Below are positions 27,063 through 39,000 of a stretch of DNA of 64,000 nucleotides, piece by piece. Below the pieces are notes generated by a model. That model made no database searches and was not told where the DNA came from. It was given only the letters and a program-made list of their open reading frames with translations. This DNA is from Candidatus Magasanikiibacteriota bacterium (GTDB lineage: Bacteria > Patescibacteriota > Patescibacteriia > Magasanikbacterales > 2-02-FULL-50-9b), in NCBI GenBank assembly GCA_903893485.1, contig CAITMK010000012.1, positions 83,469 through 147,468 of the forward strand, in the 5' to 3' direction. Positions within the stretch are counted from its first letter, which is position 1. Every line of letters starts with the position of its first letter. The position numbers and the translations under genes are program-made.

Positions 27063-30000
27063 ATGAACCTGCTTTTCAGAAAAAAAAGCGCATACATACT
27101 ACTGAGCATCATGAATGCCACCATGTTGTTGCTTTTTTTGCCGACTTCAGTTCATGCAACACCTGTATCACATCCAGGACAAATTAAAATTTCAGTTTTT
27201 GATGAACTTCGCCAGCCGGTTCAAAATGCGGATATCGGAGTGAGTTGTGGAAATAGTTCACCTGTTGATACGGGTATTCCCACAGATTATTCAGGAACCG
27301 AATATATCGATCCGGCCACGTTGTTGGGCGCGAGTTGCGTAAGCGGCGATCCGATTATTATTCAGGTTGCAAGCAGCACCTTGGTAACTCAAACATATCC
27401 GGTTATCAATGCCGCATCCAATTATTATTCTGATATTGATCCGGATAGCGCCCTGACATATCATGACGGTTCAAATAACGTATATTCATTCGGTGTTGAA
27501 ACAACTGGTCAATACGATGCATCGTTTTGGAACATGTCGGATGATCCGCTTGGTCTGAGTTTTCCAACGGGTACACCAGACGCAGTGGTCCCAAACTATT
27601 CTGGCACGCCACTTTTAAATTTTGATTGGAGCGGTTCTAGTCCAACAGGGGGCATTAGCGGCTATGATTGGGATGCTGAATTTACGAAAACAGTTACGAC
27701 AGGAGAGGGCATGTACGAATTTGATGCGGGTGTAGATGATGGAATACGCGTATACATAGATGATACACCTCTGACTCCCGACGGCTGGACAACGCAGGGC
27801 ATTGGCACACTGTATTCATGGAAGACTCACCTTACTGCAGGATCGCACACGATTAAAGTTGATTATTTTCAAGGTGGCGGAGGCTCTGCGCTCAAGACTG
27901 CATTTTATCCAATTTTTCCCGCAAGTCCTGTCTTAAGTGTTGTAAAACCAATTATTTCTCCGCTCGATGACGCATTTTCGTCGCCAATAATAACCATTAA
28001 TGCATCGGTCGCTGGAAATATTACCTCAAGTGGAAGCTGTAGTTATTCAGGAAGTGTGAATAGCGGCAATACGGACATTCCACTTTCACTTTCTCCGCTT
28101 GATGGCGACCATAGCGATTGCACGCTCACACTTACTGATCCAAGTACAGATTTATCAAATACAATTAGCGTGCCAAGCTTTACCGCGGCTTCGGGCTATC
28201 AGACACACTACATTTCAAGCTGTCAGGATCTTGAAAATGTTGGTAATAATCCAAATACATATCTCGATCAAATCACCTTAACAAATTCAATTGATTGTAC
28301 CGGAATCGATTTTGCACCGCTTTCATTTGGAGGCAACGCATTTCAAGGTTTTTTTGATGGGGGGTATAACACAATTTCAAATCTTTCAATTAATCAGCCG
28401 GGGATTGACGGTGTCGGTCTTTTTTCTGCGACCAACGCCGCCCTCATGGGAAACGTGACGATTACAGGGTCGGGCGTGGCGGGTCGCAACGAGGTGGGTG
28501 CGTTTGTTGGTTATGCGCGTAACACAAATTTTGTGAGCGTTTCAAGTACGATGGCGGTATCCAATGGTACCGGATCCGGTAGTTGGGGTGTTGGTGGTTT
28601 GGTCGGATACTTAAATTATGATGATGGTTTGAATCATAACCTGAATCATTTGTATGTTAGCGGTACGGTTACCTCCACTGCCAGCACAATCGGTGGTATT
28701 GCTGGTGAAATGGATGTCACTTATGCTGGCACAAATGTTTTGGTTCAATCAGTTACTTCAACAGCAGTTATCGGATCGGCGGATTTTCCGTCATCAGAAA
28801 GCGGTGGACTTTTTGGAGATGTTTGGTCAATTAATACTTCAGACGCCGCATCAACTACTTTGACAATTGATCACGCGTACGCAAGTGGTGATGTTTTTGG
28901 TGGAGGCGGTGGTTGGAGTAATACAGGCGGTCTTGTTGGATTATTCGAATCAGTTACGAATGGCGGCCCACTCGCAATTTCAGTTACTTCATCAACTGCT
29001 GCGGGAAATGTTACAAGCAATAATGGATATGCTGGTGGATTTATCGGGGATAACGTTATTTATTATGCAGACCATGATTTTCAACAGACATTTGATGGCG
29101 ACTTAGCAACAGGTTCTGTAGTAGGGGATGCGTTTAGTCGGTATGTCGGTGGTTTTCTTGGGTTTGTAAACATGAATAATGATGCTGGCGTTCACCAGGA
29201 ACTACTCATAAAAAATAGTGTAGCATCTGGCAGTACAGTTCAAGGCTACTTATATGTTGGTGGTTTTGTTGGTGGTGATGATGGCGATTCCGGGCAAGTG
29301 AGACTTAATTACGATTACTCGAGCGGTGGTTTGATTTTCCAAAATGACTATTCTTCTGCAAACGTGACTCATGCGGTGGACAGCAGTAATAATTATTTTG
29401 GTGGATTTGCAGGTATTTTAAATGGCAACGCATCCGATAGTATTCAGTACCCAGCTGCGATTGCTGTCGATCAGTGTGCCGCGGTTGGTTCTGTTACCGC
29501 AGAAAATAGTGCTGCAGTTGGTGGTTTTGTTGGCGAAATTGATGGTAATGTTGCGATAACAAATTCGTATAGTACGGGCGATACGGTAGGGGCTGTTTAC
29601 ACGGGTGGTTTTGTCGGTGTATTAGGCGCCGTGAATCCAGGTTCATTGGTACCAGATGGCATTGCAGCTTCATATAGTACAGGCGCAGTAACTTCTACAA
29701 GCGATTATGCTGGCGGTTTTGCCGGCTATCTTATTACTAGCGAAATGATTGGTGATTATGCTGTCAGTCATGTAAGCACGCCAGGTGATAATCACGGTGG
29801 TTTGATGGGTGGAATTAGTGGTGGAATACCTCCAGCATATGATGTGTATGACCAAGCACGCACGGGTCAAATTGAGCTTATGGCTGGTGCGGGTGTTGAC
29901 GCGCCAATGTTTGGCCTTATGGCAGTAAACGGCGATGGTACTGGGAGTAATCCAGTTCCTGATGACGCCTATTTTTTCAATTCAACCTCAACAGAACCTT

Positions 30001-33000
30001 ACGATTTTCATGATTATTTTCCAGCGGATTACTGGAATTTTGATACAGTATGGAATGTTCATCGGAATACCTATCCAACGCTAAAAAATTTGCCATACGC
30101 CCTTATTCAGGGAAATGGTAGTGAACAAAGTCCATATCAGATTCGCAGTTGCGAAGATCTACAAACAATGAGTAATCAGGACCCGTCTTCCTATTTTCAG
30201 CTACAAAACGATATTGATTGTACGGGTATTGATTTTCAACCAAATGATTTTGGTGATGCAAGTTTTACGGGCTCCTTGGACGGCCAGGGATATTCAATTA
30301 TTAATTTAAATGTAAATCAAAGTTATTCTGACGCCGGCTTATTTCGCTTCGTAGCGGACGCGACAATTCATGATATTGTTTTTGATGGCGGTAGTATTCA
30401 GTCATACAATAATGCGGGTGTTATTGCAGGTTCAGCGCTCGATACAAACATATTTAATGTTACGTCTACCGCAAGTGTTATTTCGAACGATGACGGCAGC
30501 TATTTTGGTGGATTGGTGGGTACGGCCACATTTAGTAACGGTCTTGCGAATAATTGGTCAGGGCTAACGGTGAGTAGTACACTTGGGGCAGGCGCAATCG
30601 CCGGTGGCCTCGCGGGTTATCTCGAAGTGCTTGATGCGGGGACCACATTTGCTGTTAACTCATCAACATTCTCGGGAAATATAAATTATTCGATTGATAA
30701 TTTATATGATGCAGGTGGGCTTATTGGGCTTACCTATGTACATAATGCAGAGGGTGGTGCAACAACAACGTTGCGAATCGCCAACTCAAGTGCTTCCTCA
30801 ACAATTAATACGGGTAATGGAGGCGCCGCTGGTGAAATTATTGGTGAGATCTGGATGAATATTGATGGCGAAAACCAGATTGGTCCGGTGGATGTGCAAA
30901 TGACTTCATCGACTGCTAGTGGCCAGGTAAGTGGCCAGTATACTGTCGGTGGATTTATCGGTGGTGCGGAAGCTGAGGGAAATGCAGATGCGATACTGAA
31001 CATAAGCCATAACACGGCAAATGTTGCCGTAAATTCGAATGGCAGCAGCGCTGGCGGCTTTGTTGGGTTCACTCTCATGCAGAGCAGTTATCCACATAAT
31101 ATACAGCTAAATTTTACGGATGATGTCGCAGAGGGTGATGTAGTAGGGAATTTTCAAGTCGGCGGATTTTTAGGTAGCGCAATTGGCATGGGTCCGGCTA
31201 TTGATTTATTTGACCCAAACGCAACTGGGGGGCTGACGATTTCTCGTTCGTATGCATCTGGCAATGTTTCTGGAACATCCGATGAGGTTGGTGGTTTTGC
31301 CGGGGGCCTTGCTGGATACTCAGTTAATCCAAGCGTGCTTCAAACTATCACCATCGATCAATGTTATGCACGCGGCAGCGTTTTGGGAGGCGGAGTAAAT
31401 ACCGGTGGTTTTGTTGGTGTGCAATATGGTGCAACGGGAATTTCTAATGCAGCAGCACTTGGCAATGTGTCTGGAAATCTTAACTATACGGGCGGTTTTG
31501 TGGGTGATATTGGCGGAGCTGACACAAGCATTCGTAATTCATATGCCATTGGATCTGTCTTCGGGGCGCCCGGCGGTGCAGTAGGTGGATTCGCTGGTCT
31601 TCTTGAGTCTCTTGGTTCAATCTCGAACAGTTTTAGTGTTGGTGCGGTTACCGCGGATGCCGGAGGTGGTTTTATTGGTTCAGATACTGCAGATGAGAGC
31701 GCGCTTAGTAATGATTACTTCGATATCTATAATTCGCTTGAATCATCGTGTTTACCAAGTGGAGGCGGTGCTACAGAATGTACCGGTGTTGATAATGGGG
31801 GTAGTGATCAAAGTTATTTTTACCTCAACAGTAATGCGCCATTCTTGAATGGTTCACCAGTTTGGGATTTTACATCAATTTGGGAAAAGCATGTTGCAGC
31901 ATATCCAACACTTCGCGCAGTACCATTTGGGTTAATTGGTAACAGTGGTTTAATATCAGGCAGTGCAAACAATCCAACGATAATTTCATCATGTACGGAT
32001 TTGCAGAATGTGAGCACGGGCAATTATGCGGGCACCTATGAGCTTGGTGCTGACATCGATTGCACGGGTGTTGATTTCCAACCAATTCAATTTGGACCTT
32101 TTGGATTTCAAGGGGTATTTAACGGGCAAGGACATTCAATTAGTAATCTTACCATTAATCAGGACGGCCAAAATGTCGGGCTATTTTCATTCTTGGATGG
32201 TGGTATTATTGAAAATGTCTCAATACTTTCAGGCTCGGTAACGGGTACCTCATATGTCGGTGGCCTTGTTGGTATTGCCTATGATTCAATAATACAAAAT
32301 GTAACGAGTACTATTCCTGTGAGTGGGGCTGGATATGCTGAATCTATTGGCGGTATTGTGGGGGCAACTTATTTTGACGATGGTCAATCATATGATTGGT
32401 CACATTTGATTGCAAGTAGTACTGTTGCTGGCTACAACGTAACTGGTGGCTTGGCCGGTACTATTGATATAAATTATCCGGGAACCGCATTTCATTTGGA
32501 TACGGCAACGAGTACAAGCGTTTTAACTTCAACGGTAGACGAGATAAATCAATCAGGTGGCATGATCGGCATACTTTCAGCGGACAATATTTTTGGCGCA
32601 ACAAGTACTGTGCAGATTACAAATTCATATTCATTAATCACGGTATCGTCAACCTATGGTTTTTTGGTTGGTGGATTTGTCGGTGATGTGCGTGCAAATG
32701 AATCAGGTCCGTATGGTGAAGGGCCTACGGAAATTACGATATCATCATCAACGGCGCAAGGAATTATGAATAGTGCGAGCTACTCATATGGTTGGGGTGG
32801 TTTTGTGGGTGCTGCGGAAACAGGAGGCAGCTCAGACAGTTCAATTACTTTAAGCCACGACAGCGCTACAACAAACGTGAATGGGGTATATAGTGTCGGC
32901 GGTTTTGCGGGCGTTGGCTGGGTACTTAACTGGAATGGTCCGTATCACATGGAAGTAAACATGACCGATGATTACGCGACAGGCGCAGTATCTGGTATTG

Positions 33001-36000
33001 ATTTTGTTGGTGGATTTTTCGGAAGCACAGAAGGTGAGGGTTCATTCGCCTATTTATCAAACGAACTGGCAACCGGTGGACTCAGCATTGCCCGAAGCTA
33101 TTCTTCAGGCCCGGTCACGGGAACGGGAAATGAAGTCGGTGGTTTTGCAGGTTATGTTGATTGCTATTCGGGCAATAACGCCATATTGCATGTATGTAGA
33201 TTCATTCAGGATTTTTCAACGAGCCCCGTTGTGGGCACGGGTTACGACATTGGCGGCTTTGTCGGTAACCTGGCTGGTTTTTCAAGCGTCGAAGATAGTT
33301 ATGAAACTGGCGATGTTTCAGAGCTTAGTGGTAAGCATGTCGGTGGTTTTGTTGGACAGATGGGAATAAATTCGGGAAACAATAGTATTACCAGGTCCTA
33401 TTCAACAGGTTCTGTCACCGGCTCGGCCGACATAAACGGTGGTTTTGTGGGTCAAATTGCACAAGACGGTGCGGTTATTCAAAATAATTTTAGTGCGGGT
33501 GCGGTAAATTCTGGCGGCGGTTTTATCGGAGGTGCCTACAATGTTGATCTCAGTCTCGTACAAAATAACTACTTCGATGTAACACGTGCAGGCTTGTCAA
33601 ATTGCGCATTAGACGGCAGCGTTGATTCTAGTAACTGTGCTGGGGTGAATGTAGACGGTGCTGATTCAAATTATTTTTTCAATAATACAAGTAACGCGCC
33701 TTTCAGTGGCGCTGGTTCAAACTGGGATTTTTCTGGAACGTGGCAAGCGCAGACATTTACATACCCACTTTTAAAAACCATTCCTCTTGCAGCTCAGGAG
33801 GCTGGTGCCATGATAGGTTCCGGTACACAGGATGATCCATATTTAGTTTCCAATTGCGCGCAACTTCAAAATATTGAGAATGATGTGTTCAGTGCATATA
33901 AGCTTGTGAACGACATTGATTGTTCGGCAACAGCTGAATGGAATAATGGACTTGGATTTTTTCCAATCGGTGATTTATCTTATGGCCCACCATTTTTAGG
34001 ATTTTTTGATGGGAATCATCATACAATCACCAATCTTCATATTAATTCATCAAACGGAACTGATGTTGGCTTATTCTCATTTGCAACCGCATCCGTAATT
34101 CAAAATGTAACGCTTGATGGAGGTTCTGTTTCATCTGGATTTAGTGGCAGCTCATATAGCTTACCACCTGGAATTGCAGGGCTTGTTGGTTTTGTAAGTA
34201 ATGCAGTTGTTCGCGGCGCAAGCGTTAAGAACATGTCAATCAACGCTGCGCTACCTGCCGGTGGTGTTGTTGGTAATCTTAGTTCATCTGGTCCAGCCTT
34301 TGATAACATGTATTATCAAAATGAACTTTCGTTTTCAGATTCCATAAATAACACAATTAGTTCGTCAGGATTTAATCTGGCGGGTGGATTGGTTGGAAGT
34401 GCATCGAGTGTTGGTATTGATAACTCGTTTGCATCGAGCACGGTGAATGGAGATTTTGCTGCTGGTGGCTTGGTGGGTATGGCGAATAATATTTACGTCA
34501 GAAATTCGTATGCAACAGGGAACATCACCTCAACTCAATCAACTAATGATGTGTACACTGAGCCTGGCCTTGGCGGAATCATCGGCAGCGCCGCCTGGAC
34601 GGTTGTTGCCTCAAGTTTTTCAACCGCACAGCTTATCAATAATGGGTCAACTCCACCTGGAGGTATTATTGGAAGTATTTATGCACCATATGAGGTAGCA
34701 GATAGTTTTTATGATATTTCAGCCGCCAATGTATCTACTTGTACAGGCAATTATGATGGTGGAGCTCTAAATTGCGTTGGCGTAAATGCTGACGGCATGG
34801 ATCCAGATCATTTTAAAAACACAGTGGAAGTTTCACCACTTAATATGGTTGGCGGATCAAATCCGTTTGCTGATTCTGTGCCGCAGTGGGATTTTACAAA
34901 AGTCTGGGCAGTTTCAAGTACCTATCCCCAACTTCTTTCATTCGTTGCTCCGCCAATGATGCCAGAGAATTTTGGAATCAGCGGCGATTACAACACCACG
35001 ACAACTATTTCCTGGAGTGCCCCATCATCAACTAGCGAAGGTACAATCACAGGATACTATGCAGAAGTTGGTGTTGATGGTGAAAATTGGAATCCGGTTA
35101 CCGCAAGCTCGACGGTTGGTGCCTCGACTTTTTCAACACAATTTCCTTCAGGAACCTTCGCGTCTGGCGTAACTTATGTGGTGCATGTGTATGCAATGCA
35201 GGATGGTCCAGAAAATACGCCAATATATAGTTTGCCACTCGTTGGACATTTGGTAACGTCAAGCGGTGTGCCGCCAGTCGTGTCAATCGATTCTATCGAA
35301 AATCAATCGACCTTCAGTTATCGTCCAGACCGATTGACCGTAATTTCTGATTCAACGAGCACGATCAGTTTTTCTGGCGGATGTTCAAGTGTGGAAAATG
35401 CAATCAACGCGGGAACATCGGTCGTTACACTTCATCCAATGGCCGCCGGGACCTACGATTGTAGTATTTTGGTAACGAGCGACGCAACTGGACTTACGAC
35501 GAGCGTAAGCATTCCGGAAATTGTTGTTGCTGATCCACCCGTGGTGAGTATTGAGGATTGTAATGATCTGCAGCATCTCGTAGAGCTTAGGCAAACAGAA
35601 TATGGTGGTGATACAAATGCGGTATTTAAATTGTCAAACAATATTGATTGTACCGGCGTTGATTTTCATCCTGTAGATTTTGAGGAGCAGGGTCTAAGTA
35701 CACTCTTTGATGGTCAGGGGTATTCCATAACGAATTTAAATATTTATCAACCACAAATGCAAAATGTTGGGTTGGTTCGCTATGCGAATAATGCATTTTT
35801 TAAAGACCTGACGCTCAGTGGCGGAAACGTGGTTGGTCAAAGTAATGTTGGTGCATTGTCCGGTCTGGGTGAAAATGTAGTATTTGAAAATGTTACTTCA
35901 ACTGTTTCGGTTGGCAGTTCATTAACGCAAACGAGTGGACAATCCATTGGAGGTCTTGTTGGTAATTTGCTTGCTAATAACGGTTATAGTACCCTTACCA

Positions 36001-39000
36001 ATGTAAATGTGTCAGGTGGCGTTTTTGGCGGGCTCGATATTGGTGGCTTGGTCGGCAATGCGCTCATATACGATCAGAGCGGTCCATATCAGAGTGGTAT
36101 AACTATTAATAACAGTGAAATGAGTGGTGCGGTTCAGTCGGACTATGCGTGTGCAGGCGGCATGGTTGGTTGGGCATCGAACTTATCTGGTGGCGAATCG
36201 GGTATGTTGACGATACAAAATAGTCACTCCGTTGGGAACGTCTCCGCATATTATCCCGCTGGAGGACTTGTCGGCTGCGGCTCATCCATGAAGATCTCTG
36301 ATTCTTATGCAACAGGAAACATTTCCGGCTTTTGGGAAATTGGCGGCCTTGTGGGTGAATTAGACAATAGTGGATATATCCAAAGAAGTTTTGCTACGGG
36401 TAATGTAACCATGCCAACACATACTTATTATGATAACTCAAACGGTGATTTTGGCGGATTGGTTGGTTATATGGATGCGTATGCATATGCAATGGGTGGA
36501 TCGCCAGCACCTGCTATAAGTAGTTCGTACGCAACAGGCAGTGTGGGTCTTACAGGGTCTAATTATGTAGGCGGATTAGTTGGTGCAATTTATTCCGGCG
36601 GCAATATACATAATTCATTTGCAACGGGTAATGTAACGGGTGAATTTGTTGTAGGAGGTTTGGTTGGCGAATATCAGAACAGTGGTTCAGGAGCGACATC
36701 TACGATACAGAATTCGTATGCGGCACCTAGTAGTGTCTCTGGAGTAAGTAGATCTGGTGATAATGCACAATCAATTGGTGGCTTAGTAGGCCGCATGGAT
36801 GCAGGGAATATCCAAAACTCGTTTGCAGCTGATTTGGTACAAAGTGATGGAACAGCGCCCGGTGGTTTAGTTGGATATCTTACCGCTGACCGAGGCATAT
36901 CAGGATCAAACAACCTTTTTGACGCGAACCGAGCTGATCTGACAAATTGTGTTGGGCAGGGCAGTAATGATGTTGGTTGTGATTATGTAAATTTAGGCGG
37001 CGATAATTCTAATTATTTTTACAGCCTTGCCAACGCGCCAATGAGTTCTTGGAGCCATGATATTTGGACGAGCGATAGTTACCCAACACTTCTTGGACTT
37101 CCGTCAGTGTTGAGTGAATCTGTTGATCAAACTCCACCAGGGCCTGTAACAAATGTAAGCGCATCAGTCGTAAACGACACAATTCTCCAGCTTTTGTGGA
37201 ATCCACCAACCGACGGCGATTATTCTTCTACCATTATTCGTGATTATTGGTATTCATTTGGCGATGAAAATCCATACGGAACACCATTTTCAGTGTATGA
37301 TGGCGATTTGATGACTATGATGAGTACAAGCACCTCCTTTATGAAAGGTGATATTCCAGACGGAGTATATGGACTCGGTATATTTGCTGTGGATACTCAT
37401 GGAAATGCTTCGCTTGCGGCAACTTCGACATACACGCTGTGGCGATATCCAATATTTACAAGTCGATACTCGACAAATTTTCAGCAATCGTCGGTGTCTG
37501 TCGGTGTACGCGTAACCACTCCAGATGGCTCACCAATTACTTCAGTCAAAGTAAAATATAGTCAGGATTGGCGTTATGATCATGAAATGGTGAATGATCA
37601 TCCAGATGGTAGTGGTGATTATCCATTTACGATTGGGGGATTGCTTTGCAACACGTATTATCATACCGAATGGGAAGTGACCAATAAGAACGGAACAGCA
37701 ACAAGTGGAAACCAGGATATTTTAACTGCCGCATGCGGTGCAATTTCAGTCTCTTCCGTTTCTGCAACTCCGTCAACCTCAACGGCTGAAATCACTTGGA
37801 CTTCTGATAGAGTTGGTACATCGCAAGTGGCATATTCACCAGATACCGCACACGTACTGTATTCAAATACGGTTGAGACAGATGAAGATACACGTGTCTC
37901 GTCGCACACCGTGGTGTTAACTAATTTGAAGAGTTGTACAACCTATCACTATCAGGTTATTTCGATCGACGAAGATAGCAATACAAGCACGTCAGATTAT
38001 CAAAGTTTTGATACGACCGGATGTATAGGTGGTACCGCACCTTCGTCTGCCACAAGCGCGCTGGTGAGTACGACTGATGTGAGCACCTCGAGTTTAACAG
38101 ATAGCGATAATACATTTACCGTTACTGCACCTGCAAATTTTACTGCCGCAACGTCATCGGTAGTAATTCAAATTAAGGCATTAAGTAGTACCTCTGTGCT
38201 CGGAACCATCGGTACTCCAGCGAGTGATTTGAAAAGTGGTGCGGTTGTTGATTTTGATGTGAAGGCATTGATTGATTCAAACACCACGCTCGACTCGTTT
38301 GATTTGCCCGTAACCATTACATACAATTATTCTGCAAACGACATTTCCGGTCTTAATGAGTCATCACTTTGGATGTACCATTATCACAATGATACATGGA
38401 TGCCGCTTGATAATTGTTCACTCGATACTCATGCGAAGACAATCACTTGTACGGCACCAAGTTTTTCTATCTTCGCGGTGTTTGGAAAAAATCCACCAGC
38501 GCCTGCGCCACCTCAAAATAATGGCGGCGGCGGGGGAGGTAGTGGCGGTGTGTCACCGTATGTTGGTTGTATGGATAAAACGGCGCTAAATTATAATCCA
38601 GCTGCGATTGTCTCAAGAGATTGCATGTATGCACCAAAGCCTGTTGTTGTAGTTACGCCGCCAGCACCTGTCATCAATCCAAATGCATTATCGTGCACAA
38701 TACCACTTTATTTGAAGAGCGCGGTTCGGTACGGTGCAAAAAATAATCCAGATGATGTGAAGATGTTGCAGAAATTCTTAAATACTGACGAAGGATATAA
38801 TCTGCCAATATCAGGTGTGTATGACAAAGCTTTGTATAAAGCAGTCGTGGCATGGCAAGAAAAATATGCTGCTGACGTGTTAACGCCATGGGGAATTAAA
38901 AAAGGCACCGGCTATATTTATACGCAGAGTTTGAAGAAGATTAAGCAATTGCACGAAGCAAAATGTCCAATTACCGCTCCCGCTGCGCCATCGATTTCTG